This document shows positions 28,616-38,709 of a DNA stretch of 64,000 nucleotides, one piece after another. A model generated the notes under the pieces. That model made no database searches and was not told the DNA's origin. It saw only the letters and a list, made by a program, of their open reading frames with translations. Every line of letters begins with the position of its first letter. The first letter of the stretch is position 1. Source of the stretch: an uncultured Candidatus Saccharibacteria bacterium (GTDB lineage: Bacteria; Patescibacteriota; Minisyncoccia; Minisyncoccales; PEYH01). Position numbers and translations under genes: made by a program. Location of the stretch: the NCBI GenBank assembly GCA_964616145.1, contig CAZTRD010000002.1, forward strand, positions 4,553 to 68,552, written 5' to 3'.

Positions 28616-28773
28616 ATATCTATAATTTTATATCCTTTCGGCATCCATTAAATGCCTTTTTGGGTACAAATAAAGCATCAATCCTCAAATATTTCTAATT
28701 TTGGCTTCTTTTTCATATGGGCACTTTGACACGGAGAGTCCTAATTCATCGCGGAATGGAGTGTTATTTAGCA

Positions 28774-29328
28774 CTAACCGTTGCCGATGCTTATAATATC
28801 AGCGTCAGGAGGAATAACGGGTTCTGCGATACTGGAAATAAATCCTTTGGCTTTTGCTTGTTCTGCGGTTAATATCTTGCCACCATCAATCATCAAACTT
28901 TCAATATCGTTCAATAAGATACCTGAATATGTACTTATGGCCTTTGCTATATTTTCTTTTGATCGCATAGACCCTTCGTAAAATTCCTTGAGCTGTGATT
29001 CAAGATAGTTTGCGGCTTGCAGACTAGTCGCAATTCCATGGAACATAAATGAAGCGTTTTTACTCCCAACTCTTTCTTTACCGCTAGCAAAGATAGCGGT
29101 TGCTACCGAATCAATCCGGCCTATATTATGCATAGTCGTTTTTATGGACAATGCGTTTATATAAGCCGCTAAACTTAACCCTTCGGATACATTTCCGCCA
29201 CCAGACGAGATTAAAAAATAAAGCCCCTCATATTTTTGGTTTACGCAGTCAGTAATTACCTGCCTGAGTTTAGCAGATTGTGTAGTTTGAACATCGGCCG
29301 TGAAAACAATATATTTGGTTCTTGCCAT
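28774..29328 (-). CDS. ClpP-like serine protease
   Basis: SSGGGNV..G, G.IDS(Ser), FMFH(His), LTAEQA...G.I. Confidence 0.75.
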   Translation of the reverse strand: MARTKYIVFTADVQTTQSAKLRQVITDCVNQKYEGLYFLISSGGGNVSEGLSLAAYINALSIKTTMHNIGRIDSVATAIFASGKERVGSKNASFMFHGIATSLQAANYLESQLKEFYEGSMRSKENIAKAISTYSGILLNDIESLMIDGGKILTAEQAKAKGFISSIAEPVIPPDADIISIGNG

Positions 29329-29376
29329 GCTATTAATATTAATTGTTATGATAATATAGTTTTTCTTATATCCTTT

Positions 29377-29628
29377 TTATTTGCGCAAGGTAATGGTAAT
29401 TCCGATAATTTGGAAAATGAAACCCATAATAAACAAACCAAAACCAAAAATGCCCAATAGTCTATCCTTCTTGTGTTTTTTTTGCGTGTATTTTCCATCC
29501 TTATCCATGCTTAAAATAAGATCATTTTCAACATTTCTAGTTATTTTTAAATACGGGAATAACATTATTAAGGAAGCTAAAGTATTTATGCAAAGACCAA
29601 TTACTGTTAAAAGTTGTGATGCATTCAT
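29377..29628 (-). CDS. Small two-TM membrane protein
   Basis: Start at MNASQLL overlaps upstream stop (ATGA); two TM helices. Confidence 0.55.
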   Translation of the reverse strand: MNASQLLTVIGLCINTLASLIMLFPYLKITRNVENDLILSMDKDGKYTQKKHKKDRLLGIFGFGLFIMGFIFQIIGITITLRK

Positions 29629-29888
29629 AAGGTTAAAATTATTTGTATAACCAAAACTACAAGCGTGATAATTGTTAAACCAACAATCCCCCAAGTCAGT
29701 CGAATCATTTTTTGGGTTTGTTTTGACGATTGCTCATTAAATATCTGCATTGTTTCTTGTAATCCCTTTAGCGCACGCCTGGTCAACTCGTCGGAAGCAA
29801 GTGGAACAACGCGAAAATCATATTCGTTTATCCAAAGTTTTAGTTGTTCGTTCGTAGCGTCTTCTAATTTTGGAGAAAAATTACTCAT
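29625..29888 (-). CDS. Small coiled-coil + C-terminal TM protein
   Basis: 87 aa; ...LTWGIVGLTIITLVVLVIQI. Confidence 0.6.
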   Translation of the reverse strand: MSNFSPKLEDATNEQLKLWINEYDFRVVPLASDELTRRALKGLQETMQIFNEQSSKQTQKMIRLTWGIVGLTIITLVVLVIQIILTL

Positions 29889-29896
29889 AATTTTAT

Positions 29897-32800
29897 TTAT
29901 TTTTTGCCGCCAAATAAAGTTGGGATAGTTCCAGACGAGATGACCTTATCTATTTCGCCCATTATACGAATTGTCTCGCGGAGCGCGACGATTATTTTTA
30001 TATAGTTTTTTAGATCGTCGGTAGAAAGTGCGCGCTCGGCCTTTTTACGATCTTTGAGCCACTTTTCGCATACTTGGTAGCTACCTATCATAAACTCCCA
30101 CACTTCTTTTTCCACACCTTCAAAGTATTGTTCCTTATTCACATAAACACGTTTATCTTTCTCATTATAGCGGACATCCGTGACTTGCCAATCGGGAAGA
30201 TCGGTTGGTTTCTCGCCACCGATTTTTATATCCCACTTTTCCTGTTTGTCAAAAATAGTTTTTGATTTATCAAACGGATTTTCGCCGAGAAGATGGAGAT
30301 TCGCTAATTCCTTTCCAAGCGCGACGAGTTGAACAAAAAGTTTTTTATCACCGGTAAGCGGTAGGCGCGGAAAATCTATTTTAAGTTGCTCGGCATAACG
30401 CAAGCGGTAAGTTGGGGAATGAAATATCGCATATGCATAGTAGAAAATTTCTTCCGGCGCGAGACGGGTATCACCATCTTTAGTTTGACATTCTGCTACC
30501 GGATAATATACTCTACCGATTTTCTCGGCTATCTTGCGCGCCACAAGTAAATCAATATTTGCTTGTCGGACCGCTGGAATATTACCCACCGCACCAACAA
30601 ATAACGACTCACCTTTATCGAGGTAAAGATAAAGCGGAAAAACATAGCCCACCTCTTTTGTTTTAATAGATACCAAACAACGCTCACTAATATTTTTTGA
30701 TATATAGATATGATGAAAGCCATCAATAGCAAGTTGTCTACAAGTCAGTAAAGATAGATTCTCTTTTAACATTTGCTCCATAATTTCTGCTCTTGGATAC
30801 GCTATAAATCCTTTTGATTTGCCGGTAAAAAGTGTATAGCGATAGTCAAACGGACGATATTGAATTTTAGTTATTGCTTTTTGGTGGGTTTTTACATCCT
30901 CTCTCGCTAAATTAAACTTCCAATCCCGTGAATCAGAAATTTGGTATTTCTGCTTGAATGTTTCATCTGAAAGATTGATTATGTCTTTTACAATAGTTTC
31001 TAATTTCTCATTACTAAATTGAATAGCGACATTATCTTTCTGTGTTTCTATGCCACTATTTTTAATAGGAAAAATATCTGATACTCCCAGAAACTGATTG
31101 TATTCTTGTTCAACACCTGTATCTCTCGCCACAAAAAACCAATTAGGCTGTTTGGGCGATAAAACCTGCCATTTTGTCTCTTCAAAGTTTTCATCCAAAA
31201 GTGTAGCGAATTTATCTTCGCGTAAGCCCCATAGATCGCAGTATTTTACGATTGTCTCATTTTGTTTTTCAGGACGCTTTACAAAAATATTTATTGAAAC
31301 GCCTTGTTGGATGTCAAAAACATTTTCATCTTTTCCGCCGTTAGGCGCAGTTTCTCCTTTGCGGCTGTTGCCGTGAAGATTGTAAATATAAATCTCGTCA
31401 AAGGTATCCATCAAAGAACAGCGCATTTGGCGGTGAGTCATGCCGTCAATGAAAGTGTTGCTCGTAATCATTGCGAAAATCCCTTGTCCGGTCTCGCTCA
31501 ACTTCCATTGAGCAAAGCGAATAAACTTGATAAAGTCATCGTCAAGGTTAATTTTTTTCTCTTTCAAGTCCTTTTTATAATCCTTCAAGAGATTCAAAAT
31601 CCACTCGCCTCGATTCATCCGGCCAAAGTTGGAATAGGGCGGGTTGCCGATGATCGCCAAAATCGGCGCATTCTTTTTCACCTTCCGTGCATCTTTACTT
31701 TCTTGCGGTATGGATGGAAAAGCAATTGCTCCAAAATCAGATGTGGCTCTACCTTGTACTGCTTCGGCATTCGGGTCGTCTAAAGTATTTGCGAGATATA
31801 CTTTGAAACGGTCGTTGTCTTTGTCGTTATCGTTTTTAGTATTTGCGAAATCAAAACCGAGTCGTTCCACCTCAAGCGTTAGTTTAAGGTGTGCAATGGC
31901 ATACGGGGCGATAAGAAGTTCAAAACCGTAGAAGCGTTTAAGAATGTGTGAGAGGACGACGCGGTTAAACTCCCGCTTGACCATTTCTTCGCCAAGCGAT
32001 GAATTTTCCTTTTTGATATTCGCATAAATTTCTTGAATTGCGGACATCAAGAATGTCCCCGTGCCGGTTGCCGGATCAAGGAGGTGAACTGATTCATCGG
32101 CAAGGCCTTTTATTTTTTTGAATCTATTGCGTAAAAGCCAATCAACGCTTTTGACAATATAGTCTACTACCGGCTTAGGCGTGTAATACACTCCGCGCGC
32201 TTCGCGTTCTTTCGGGTCATATTCCTTCAAAAACGGCTCATAGAATTGGATAACAGGGTCTTCGCCCGGTTTATGCTCCACAAGTTTTTGATGGATTCGA
32301 TTAATTTCCGAAGCGTTCAGTTGATCTACTAAGAGTCGAGTTGCTTCGTAAATGGTTGGGATAGTACTTGATACCTTTTTGATAAGCGAATAGAGGTCGG
32401 CAAGAATCGGCACATTGGTCGGAAGGTAATCAATCGCGTTTGTTAGCGTAAGCTCTGCTCCATCGCGGCGCGAATGTTCAAGCGCGGCGAGAAACAATGA
32501 GTAAGCCATTGTTTCGGCCACCATATTGGCGAATTGATGTTCGGAAGTATCTTGGATAAGAGTTCTTTCAAACGTCTCTTTAAGTTTTCTCAAATCGGAA
32601 TCTGCTTCACTTTTTCCCAACGCTTCTTCTACTTGTTGAGATAATAGTCGCGTCTTTTTAGCGAGTGCAAGAGCAAGTTGTTTCGGTGTTCGCGTTTGAT
32701 AAGCGTGACCTTCGAAAAACTTTATCAAGAAACGTTCAAATTCTTCGCTCGGCGCGCTATCAATAGCGGTAAGATCAAACAAGGTTTCTGCCATCTTTTT

Positions 32801-33172
32801 TGCCTCGCCTTCTTGCCATTGCCACAACTGCCACTCGCGGAGATTAGTGAAAATAATATTTTCAAGTGACTCCTTATATTTTAAAAATTGCTCTTGGAAT
32901 TTTTCTGCGTTGAGATTTTCCTGTGAAGTTTTTACTTCAATCCAGCCAATAAGATCGTTGCCATTGCGGATAGTAATATCGGGAAATCCGACCTTGTGTT
33001 CGTATTGAGTTGATGTTTCCTCTGGTGTGGCCTGCGGAGTACGTAATTTCAGCGTGCCACTTTTCGCATACTCCTCAAAGAAAGCGCATAAGAGCGGGTA
33101 ATACGACCGCTCCGTAGCCGTATCTTTTATCTTCGCAATTTTCTGTTTTAGTAGCTCAACTGTTATGTTCAT
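29897..33172 (-). CDS. Type IIG/ISP-like restriction-modification enzyme (nuclease + N6-adenine MTase + LlaBIII-like TRD)
   Basis: PD...IEVK nuclease; FYE.FL..YDP..R..RGVYYTP; LDPATGTGTF; IGNPPY; YRPFD; DFPRLP; IGSYQV..KWLKDRK. Confidence 0.88.
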   Translation of the reverse strand: MNITVELLKQKIAKIKDTATERSYYPLLCAFFEEYAKSGTLKLRTPQATPEETSTQYEHKVGFPDITIRNGNDLIGWIEVKTSQENLNAEKFQEQFLKYKESLENIIFTNLREWQLWQWQEGEAKKMAETLFDLTAIDSAPSEEFERFLIKFFEGHAYQTRTPKQLALALAKKTRLLSQQVEEALGKSEADSDLRKLKETFERTLIQDTSEHQFANMVAETMAYSLFLAALEHSRRDGAELTLTNAIDYLPTNVPILADLYSLIKKVSSTIPTIYEATRLLVDQLNASEINRIHQKLVEHKPGEDPVIQFYEPFLKEYDPKEREARGVYYTPKPVVDYIVKSVDWLLRNRFKKIKGLADESVHLLDPATGTGTFLMSAIQEIYANIKKENSSLGEEMVKREFNRVVLSHILKRFYGFELLIAPYAIAHLKLTLEVERLGFDFANTKNDNDKDNDRFKVYLANTLDDPNAEAVQGRATSDFGAIAFPSIPQESKDARKVKKNAPILAIIGNPPYSNFGRMNRGEWILNLLKDYKKDLKEKKINLDDDFIKFIRFAQWKLSETGQGIFAMITSNTFIDGMTHRQMRCSLMDTFDEIYIYNLHGNSRKGETAPNGGKDENVFDIQQGVSINIFVKRPEKQNETIVKYCDLWGLREDKFATLLDENFEETKWQVLSPKQPNWFFVARDTGVEQEYNQFLGVSDIFPIKNSGIETQKDNVAIQFSNEKLETIVKDIINLSDETFKQKYQISDSRDWKFNLAREDVKTHQKAITKIQYRPFDYRYTLFTGKSKGFIAYPRAEIMEQMLKENLSLLTCRQLAIDGFHHIYISKNISERCLVSIKTKEVGYVFPLYLYLDKGESLFVGAVGNIPAVRQANIDLLVARKIAEKIGRVYYPVAECQTKDGDTRLAPEEIFYYAYAIFHSPTYRLRYAEQLKIDFPRLPLTGDKKLFVQLVALGKELANLHLLGENPFDKSKTIFDKQEKWDIKIGGEKPTDLPDWQVTDVRYNEKDKRVYVNKEQYFEGVEKEVWEFMIGSYQVCEKWLKDRKKAERALSTDDLKNYIKIIVALRETIRIMGEIDKVISSGTIPTLFGGKK

Positions 33173-33179
33173 AAACTTT

Positions 33180-36100
33180 TTATGAAATGACATTAAATTT
33201 TACTGAAGCTATACGCTCGTGGCTAAAACTCATTTGTAGCTTGTTGCGCAAGTCGGCAACCTTTTTATCCTTATCTACAAATTGCTCCTGTTGCGCTTGA
33301 ATGTATCGTTTCTGTGCTTTAAAAAGTTCCTTTTGTTTTTTGTCTATGTCCGCCTGTATCTGATCGCGCTCGTGCGCGCCAAGTGTTCGAGAAGCACGCA
33401 TCGTTTTCTGTAATTCCCTTATCTCTTTTTCTCGCTTATCCATTTCTTGTCTAAATCTTAGCAAAGATTCTTCCACAAATTGGTCAAGGCGATCCATTTC
33501 TTCAAATATATATTTTTCATTTTCAGAATTTACATCTTCCTGCGCACTTTTCAGTTGTGTGGACGAGGCGTCTTCTAATTCATCACGGAGGCGAGATTCG
33601 TTTTTGTCTTCGCTCACAACATCAAGATCAAATAATCGTTCTAACCGAGAAGCTGGTATTTGTTCCCACTTTGCGCCCTGATTTACAAAACCCGTAAGAA
33701 TTATTTTTTCAAACTCCTCCTTTGTGTTGTTTATAGTTTTACGTTCGCACTTCAAGAGTTCGACGACTAGCTGGCACTCTTTGCCAATTAAATCATCAAA
33801 GGGCCGGTGTTCTTTACTGCTATCGTGGCGGAGAGAAACTTGCCTCAAAAGAGATTTTATTTTCCTATCTGCTTCGAGACGCTCTTTAATAAACGGCTCT
33901 TTTATATGTGCCGGTTTATATCCTTTTTCTTTGTCTTTATCAGCAAGGCGGCCGAGAAAGTAAGTAGTACCGTTGTAATCAAACACATTGCCAGAAATCG
34001 GATGGATATCATCTCCAAAAGAGACTGTTAGATATTTTTTCAGTTGTGCATCAAAACGATCAAGCGAATCGGTAAGCTCTTTTTGTCTGATTCGCAATTT
34101 AAGACGGACTTCCTCGTCAAAATGTTGAATAACTTTTCGTTGAGCGTCTTCAATCTTTTCTTTAATAATATCCGAAAGCTCCAGTTGCAGTTGCTGGAAG
34201 CCGTGTTCTATTTCCTGTTCCGTGCGACAATGGCGATAAATATCAAGAATTTTTCTTTCAAAATCAAGGCCTGCGCCCAAACCGCCTAGAGCAATTTCTC
34301 TTACCTCATAGCCATCGTCGGTTAATTGCTCTGTTCCAAGCATCTTATCGCTAAAGTCAAAAAGATTCCCGAATAATTTTATTTTCTCCGATAGCAACTC
34401 ATAAACACGTTGGTCGGCATAATTCTTTTTATTGAGAAAATTGATAACAAGTACATCAAGCTTTTGTCCGTAGCGATGGCAACGGCCAATGCGCTGTTCA
34501 ATCCTTTGAGGATTCCATGGTAAGTCGTAGTTAATAACGATATTCGCAAATTGGAGATTCAAACCTTCCGCGCCCGCCTCTGTTGTTATCAAAATACCTT
34601 TTTTAATGTCTTTGAATTTCCATATAAGAGCTTTGCGTAAATTGATGCCTTTTGTTCCCCTTTCGGCTTCTTTAGGAAACTCTTTTTGCCACTCGGCAAA
34701 AATTTCTTGGGCGTGGTTACTCGCATTACTACCGTTAAAAAGAATAAGATCGTGACCTACGCCACCCAGCAGTTTTTCAAGATGATCTTGCGTGCGGCGC
34801 GATTCGGTGAAAATCACCGCCTTTTGCGGCCACTGCTTCTTATCAGCGTATTTAAATACTTTATCAAGAACACGAACCAATGCCTGACTTTTTTGATTTT
34901 TATCAATTGTGTTTGCGAGATGGTGATATGAGAGAACATCCTTGAACTCTTGTAGCACTTCTTCTTTCGTAAACTTATGGTCAATTTCTCTCTCCTCAAA
35001 CTTTTTAGTTTCGTCGGAAAGTAACTCGTCTTCACCAAGATCATCGGCGTCTTGATTTTCTTCTGCCAGTTTTTCCAAATTCGCTTCTACATCATCCAGG
35101 CCGGACAAAACTTCTTGCTCGGCTTCAGGAGTAATTTTTTCATATTTTGGAAAAACTATTTTTTGATGTTCTTTTCCACTCCTAACCGCGAATTCACTTC
35201 GTAAGTTATCAACTACTCGATTGACTTCATCTACCGACACGGCAAATTCAATTTGAAGACGCTTGGCTAAAAAATGAGCAACATTGTAGAGTGTTCCTGC
35301 TATGGCAAAGCTTGAGCTTGCGAGAATCTTCCGATAAACAAGCTCCATCATATTTCGCTGGGTTGCCCTTGTGGAGGCAAGAAACGGGCGGCGCAAGTAA
35401 TTGCCTACCGCATCATATAGCTCTATTTCGTCTTCGTTCGGCGCAAAATCTTCTGTAATGCTATATCTGTTTGTGAAGACCACAAGCCCAGCAACTTGCT
35501 TGCGCAATGTGCGGGTTAAAATACCGCCACTTATTGCTCCGGTGGTGGGATTAATAGTTCCCATCAGTCGCTCTCTTAATTGTTTAAGTCGGTCAATTTC
35601 GCCCCGTTTCTTCACTGGATTAGCAAAAAGAGTTTTGAATGAAAACTCTGTGCCAAGATAGTTTTCGTCAAGAAAACTCGTCAAGCCGTATAACTCCATA
35701 AGATTATTTTGAAGCGGGGTCGCGGTGAGTAATACTTTCGGCCTGTTCTTAATTACTTCTCTTATTTTCTTTGCCGTTTTATTCGTTTTCCGCCAGACAT
35801 TTCTCATTCGGTGCGCCTCATCAATGACTACTAAGTCCCACACAATATTCGCGCAAATATAGTCATAGCGATATGCGAAATTATGCGAGGCAATAAAAAT
35901 TCCCCCCTCTTTCAAAGGGTTTTCTGTCATTCGTTCTTTTTGTTTCTTTTTCAAAATAGAGCCATCTATTATTTCGCTCGGCAGACTAAACCGATTGAGT
36001 AATTCATCTTGCCATTGTGTGCGAAGTGAAGCGGGAACTAATATCAGAATGTTTTGGCGACCTTCCGTATAAAGCTGGTCGATAATCAACCCTGCTTCAA

Positions 36101-36302
36101 TCGTTTTTCCTAAACCAACTTCGTCAGCGAGAATCGCGCCCCTTGAGAGAGGACTCTTAAACGCAAAAATTGCCGCATCAACTTGGTGTGGGTTCAAATC
36201 AATATTTGCCGAACGAATGGAATTATTCAGTTTCTCTGGATCGGAAACCGGTCTCTTTTCTGTCAGTTTATGTGCAAGATATGTTCGCAAAAAATCAGAC
36301 AT
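33180..36302 (-). CDS. SNF2-family helicase
   Basis: PHQ, LADEVGLGKT, DEAH, LTATPLQN, EGLNLQ, YDLPWNPQRIEQRIGRCHRYGQ; coiled-coil C-terminus. Confidence 0.9.
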   Translation of the reverse strand: MSDFLRTYLAHKLTEKRPVSDPEKLNNSIRSANIDLNPHQVDAAIFAFKSPLSRGAILADEVGLGKTIEAGLIIDQLYTEGRQNILILVPASLRTQWQDELLNRFSLPSEIIDGSILKKKQKERMTENPLKEGGIFIASHNFAYRYDYICANIVWDLVVIDEAHRMRNVWRKTNKTAKKIREVIKNRPKVLLTATPLQNNLMELYGLTSFLDENYLGTEFSFKTLFANPVKKRGEIDRLKQLRERLMGTINPTTGAISGGILTRTLRKQVAGLVVFTNRYSITEDFAPNEDEIELYDAVGNYLRRPFLASTRATQRNMMELVYRKILASSSFAIAGTLYNVAHFLAKRLQIEFAVSVDEVNRVVDNLRSEFAVRSGKEHQKIVFPKYEKITPEAEQEVLSGLDDVEANLEKLAEENQDADDLGEDELLSDETKKFEEREIDHKFTKEEVLQEFKDVLSYHHLANTIDKNQKSQALVRVLDKVFKYADKKQWPQKAVIFTESRRTQDHLEKLLGGVGHDLILFNGSNASNHAQEIFAEWQKEFPKEAERGTKGINLRKALIWKFKDIKKGILITTEAGAEGLNLQFANIVINYDLPWNPQRIEQRIGRCHRYGQKLDVLVINFLNKKNYADQRVYELLSEKIKLFGNLFDFSDKMLGTEQLTDDGYEVREIALGGLGAGLDFERKILDIYRHCRTEQEIEHGFQQLQLELSDIIKEKIEDAQRKVIQHFDEEVRLKLRIRQKELTDSLDRFDAQLKKYLTVSFGDDIHPISGNVFDYNGTTYFLGRLADKDKEKGYKPAHIKEPFIKERLEADRKIKSLLRQVSLRHDSSKEHRPFDDLIGKECQLVVELLKCERKTINNTKEEFEKIILTGFVNQGAKWEQIPASRLERLFDLDVVSEDKNESRLRDELEDASSTQLKSAQEDVNSENEKYIFEEMDRLDQFVEESLLRFRQEMDKREKEIRELQKTMRASRTLGAHERDQIQADIDKKQKELFKAQKRYIQAQQEQFVDKDKKVADLRNKLQMSFSHERIASVKFNVIS

Positions 36303-36307
36303 AGCTT

Positions 36308-36490
36308 TTATTTCATCCTTAGCATATTTAAAATATCTTCTTTTTTATATCGCCTATCCCTACGACTGCCAAAACGAATAGCCTTTAATATACCTTTGTT
36401 GTCCCAGTTACGAAGAGTATTTGGGTGGACGTTCAAAAGTTCAGAGGCTTGCTTCATTGTTAGAATTTCTGGTAATTTGTCTTTATCCAT
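36308..36490 (-). CDS. MerR/excisionase-type HTH protein
   Basis: LT..QASELLNVHPNTLRNWD..G.L..R......RRY. Confidence 0.85.
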   Translation of the reverse strand: MDKDKLPEILTMKQASELLNVHPNTLRNWDNKGILKAIRFGSRRDRRYKKEDILNMLRMK

Positions 36491-36564
36491 AACTCAGAAT
36501 ATAATTGAAATATGACTTACCATTAGTTTACAATTATAAAAAGCAAAAGTAAAGCAAAAAAATT

Positions 36565-37341
36565 ATGAATAATAATTGGTATTTAAAAATCCTAGATCAG
36601 TATCATGAAGAGCGGCATACTGCTGCGTTCTATAAAACGCAAGCTTTTCGCAAATTATGGAATGCTACTCAAGGGCTTATTGCAAAAGAAACATTTCAGG
36701 AAAAAATTAAAGGTTTGCGCGTTAAACATAAAATTCCGGAGAATGGATTCTTTGTTTCCGACAAAGTACGTACTCATCCCCCCAAAGAATGGGTTTTATA
36801 CGAAAGCAACTTTTCTAAAAGACTCTATTCTATGATGACGATACAGAAAGATATAGAAAAAATATGTCCCGATGGTTTTCCAAAAAAAGATTTTGTGTCT
36901 ATATTCGAAGACTATTTGTTTTATAATCATTTATTTCTGTCGCCAGAACCAAATTCTCATAACCTAATTTATATAACTGATTTAAAGACGAAATCTGATT
37001 CACTCGGTCATAGACTTAATAATAACGACGTAACCACCTATCCTGTAGCTATTTTGATAAGTCCGTACGCTGGAGAAAGAGATATCCTAGACTTTATTAA
37101 AAGATTATATAAGATTGAGATTAAGCCAATTCAAGAAAAATACAAAAAATCAGATAGTTTAATCGGTAAATCAAGAAAGCGTAATAAAACTAAAAGGATA
37201 AGAAATCAATTTATTTATGAAAATAGACGCCTTCCTTATAAAACAATATCTGCCTTGGTGGGTAAAAAATTTCCCGAACATGATGTAGACGAAGGATCAG
37301 TTGGTAAAATTATTTCGCTAGAAACAAAAAGGCGAAAATAA
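36565..37341 (+). CDS. Hypothetical protein with probable C-terminal HTH
   Basis: Divergent from the excisionase-like gene; RN..IY....YK.IS..V.......V.KII. Confidence 0.6.
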   Translation: MNNNWYLKILDQYHEERHTAAFYKTQAFRKLWNATQGLIAKETFQEKIKGLRVKHKIPENGFFVSDKVRTHPPKEWVLYESNFSKRLYSMMTIQKDIEKICPDGFPKKDFVSIFEDYLFYNHLFLSPEPNSHNLIYITDLKTKSDSLGHRLNNNDVTTYPVAILISPYAGERDILDFIKRLYKIEIKPIQEKYKKSDSLIGKSRKRNKTKRIRNQFIYENRRLPYKTISALVGKKFPEHDVDEGSVGKIISLETKRRK

Positions 37342-37434
37342 GTGTAGTACAGAAAATTCTTACACAAAGAATAATTAATTTTATAAGCTGGCATAATAAG
37401 CCAGTTTTTTATTAATTAAGACATTTATAAAACT

Positions 37435-38709
37435 ATGGAAAAACTTCAATGGCATAACGAAAAAAGAAAAGTTAATAGCCTTAAATATTATGGCAAAAAT
37501 CCTCGCATCATGCCGGATAAAAACATGAAAGATCTAACGAATAGTTTGCAGAAGATGGGCCTGGCGGAAATACCAGCAATTGATATTGACGGGACCATAG
37601 TTGCTGGAAACCAAAGAGTCAAAGCTCTTCAGGTTCTTGGTCGTGGTCAAGAAGAAATCGATGTAAGAATCCCTAATAGAAAACTTACAAAAACAGAATT
37701 TAAGTTCTACCTGCTCGCCAGTAATCGTATAAGTGGCCTCTGGGATTTTGATGCCTTAAAGACTAACTTTAATATTGAAACTCTCCTGGCAACCAGTTTC
37801 GACACAGAAGACCTTAGTAGAATATTTGATGATAATCTCGAAATAGAAGACGACCATTTTGATGAAAATACCGAGCTAAAAAAGATTAAGAAAACAGATA
37901 TTAAGCCCGGGGATTGTTTTGCTCTTGGTCGCCATCGCTTACTTTGCTCCAATGCCCTTGACCCTGCCACTGCTAAAACACTCATGGCTGGAGTCCAGGC
38001 AGATATGATTAATGATGATTTGCCTTACAATATCGGGCTTTCGTACGACAAGGGTGTTGGAAATAAGGGTCGCTATGGCGGAACAACAAATGACAATAAA
38101 AGCGATGAGGAATATAGGGCTTTTGTAAGGACGATCATGCAAAACGCTCTTTCAGTGGCAAAGACGGATGCGCATATATTTTTCTGGTGCGATGAAAGAT
38201 ACGTGTGGCTGTTTCAAGAGCTATATAAAGAATTCGGGCTTGATTCAAAACGCCTTTGCATCTGGATTAAAGATAATGCTTCCCCTACTCCGCAGATTGC
38301 TTTTAATAAGGTGACTGAGTTTTGCGTTTACGGAACCAGGGGCAGGCCATTCTTATCGGATAAAGTAAACAATCTGAATGAATTGTTAAACAAAGAGATA
38401 ACCAGTGGCAATAGATTGTCAGATGATATTTTGGATTTATTGAATATATGGCTAGTAAAAAGATTACCTGGTAATGAATATCAACACCCGACGCAGAAAA
38501 ATCCTCAGGTTCACGAAAAAGCTTTGCGACGCTGCACCCGTCCAGGCGATGCAGTTCTCGATTTAACCTGCGGATCTGGCAGTATTTTATCAGCTTGCCA
38601 TCAGCTTAAACGCAGAGCCTATGTTTGTGATTGCGAACCGATCTTCTGCCAGCTTACTATTAATCGTTTTAAACAAATCTCACATGACGAAATCAAGAAA
38701 CTTAATTAA
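37435..38709 (+). CDS. ParB-like N-terminal domain + N4/N6 DNA methylase (phage-type)
   Basis: NPR, IVAGNQR (ParB); GRHRLLC, DLPY, HPTQKN, VLDLTCGSG. Confidence 0.82.
   Translation: MEKLQWHNEKRKVNSLKYYGKNPRIMPDKNMKDLTNSLQKMGLAEIPAIDIDGTIVAGNQRVKALQVLGRGQEEIDVRIPNRKLTKTEFKFYLLASNRISGLWDFDALKTNFNIETLLATSFDTEDLSRIFDDNLEIEDDHFDENTELKKIKKTDIKPGDCFALGRHRLLCSNALDPATAKTLMAGVQADMINDDLPYNIGLSYDKGVGNKGRYGGTTNDNKSDEEYRAFVRTIMQNALSVAKTDAHIFFWCDERYVWLFQELYKEFGLDSKRLCIWIKDNASPTPQIAFNKVTEFCVYGTRGRPFLSDKVNNLNELLNKEITSGNRLSDDILDLLNIWLVKRLPGNEYQHPTQKNPQVHEKALRRCTRPGDAVLDLTCGSGSILSACHQLKRRAYVCDCEPIFCQLTINRFKQISHDEIKKLN

Noticed and set aside
29897-36302. Complete DISARM or BREX system
   Set aside because: No DrmA/B/C or PglZ/BrxC homologues visible
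16774-36490. Classical integron (attC cassette array)
   Set aside because: No repeated attC-like palindromes between genes and no tyrosine integron integrase
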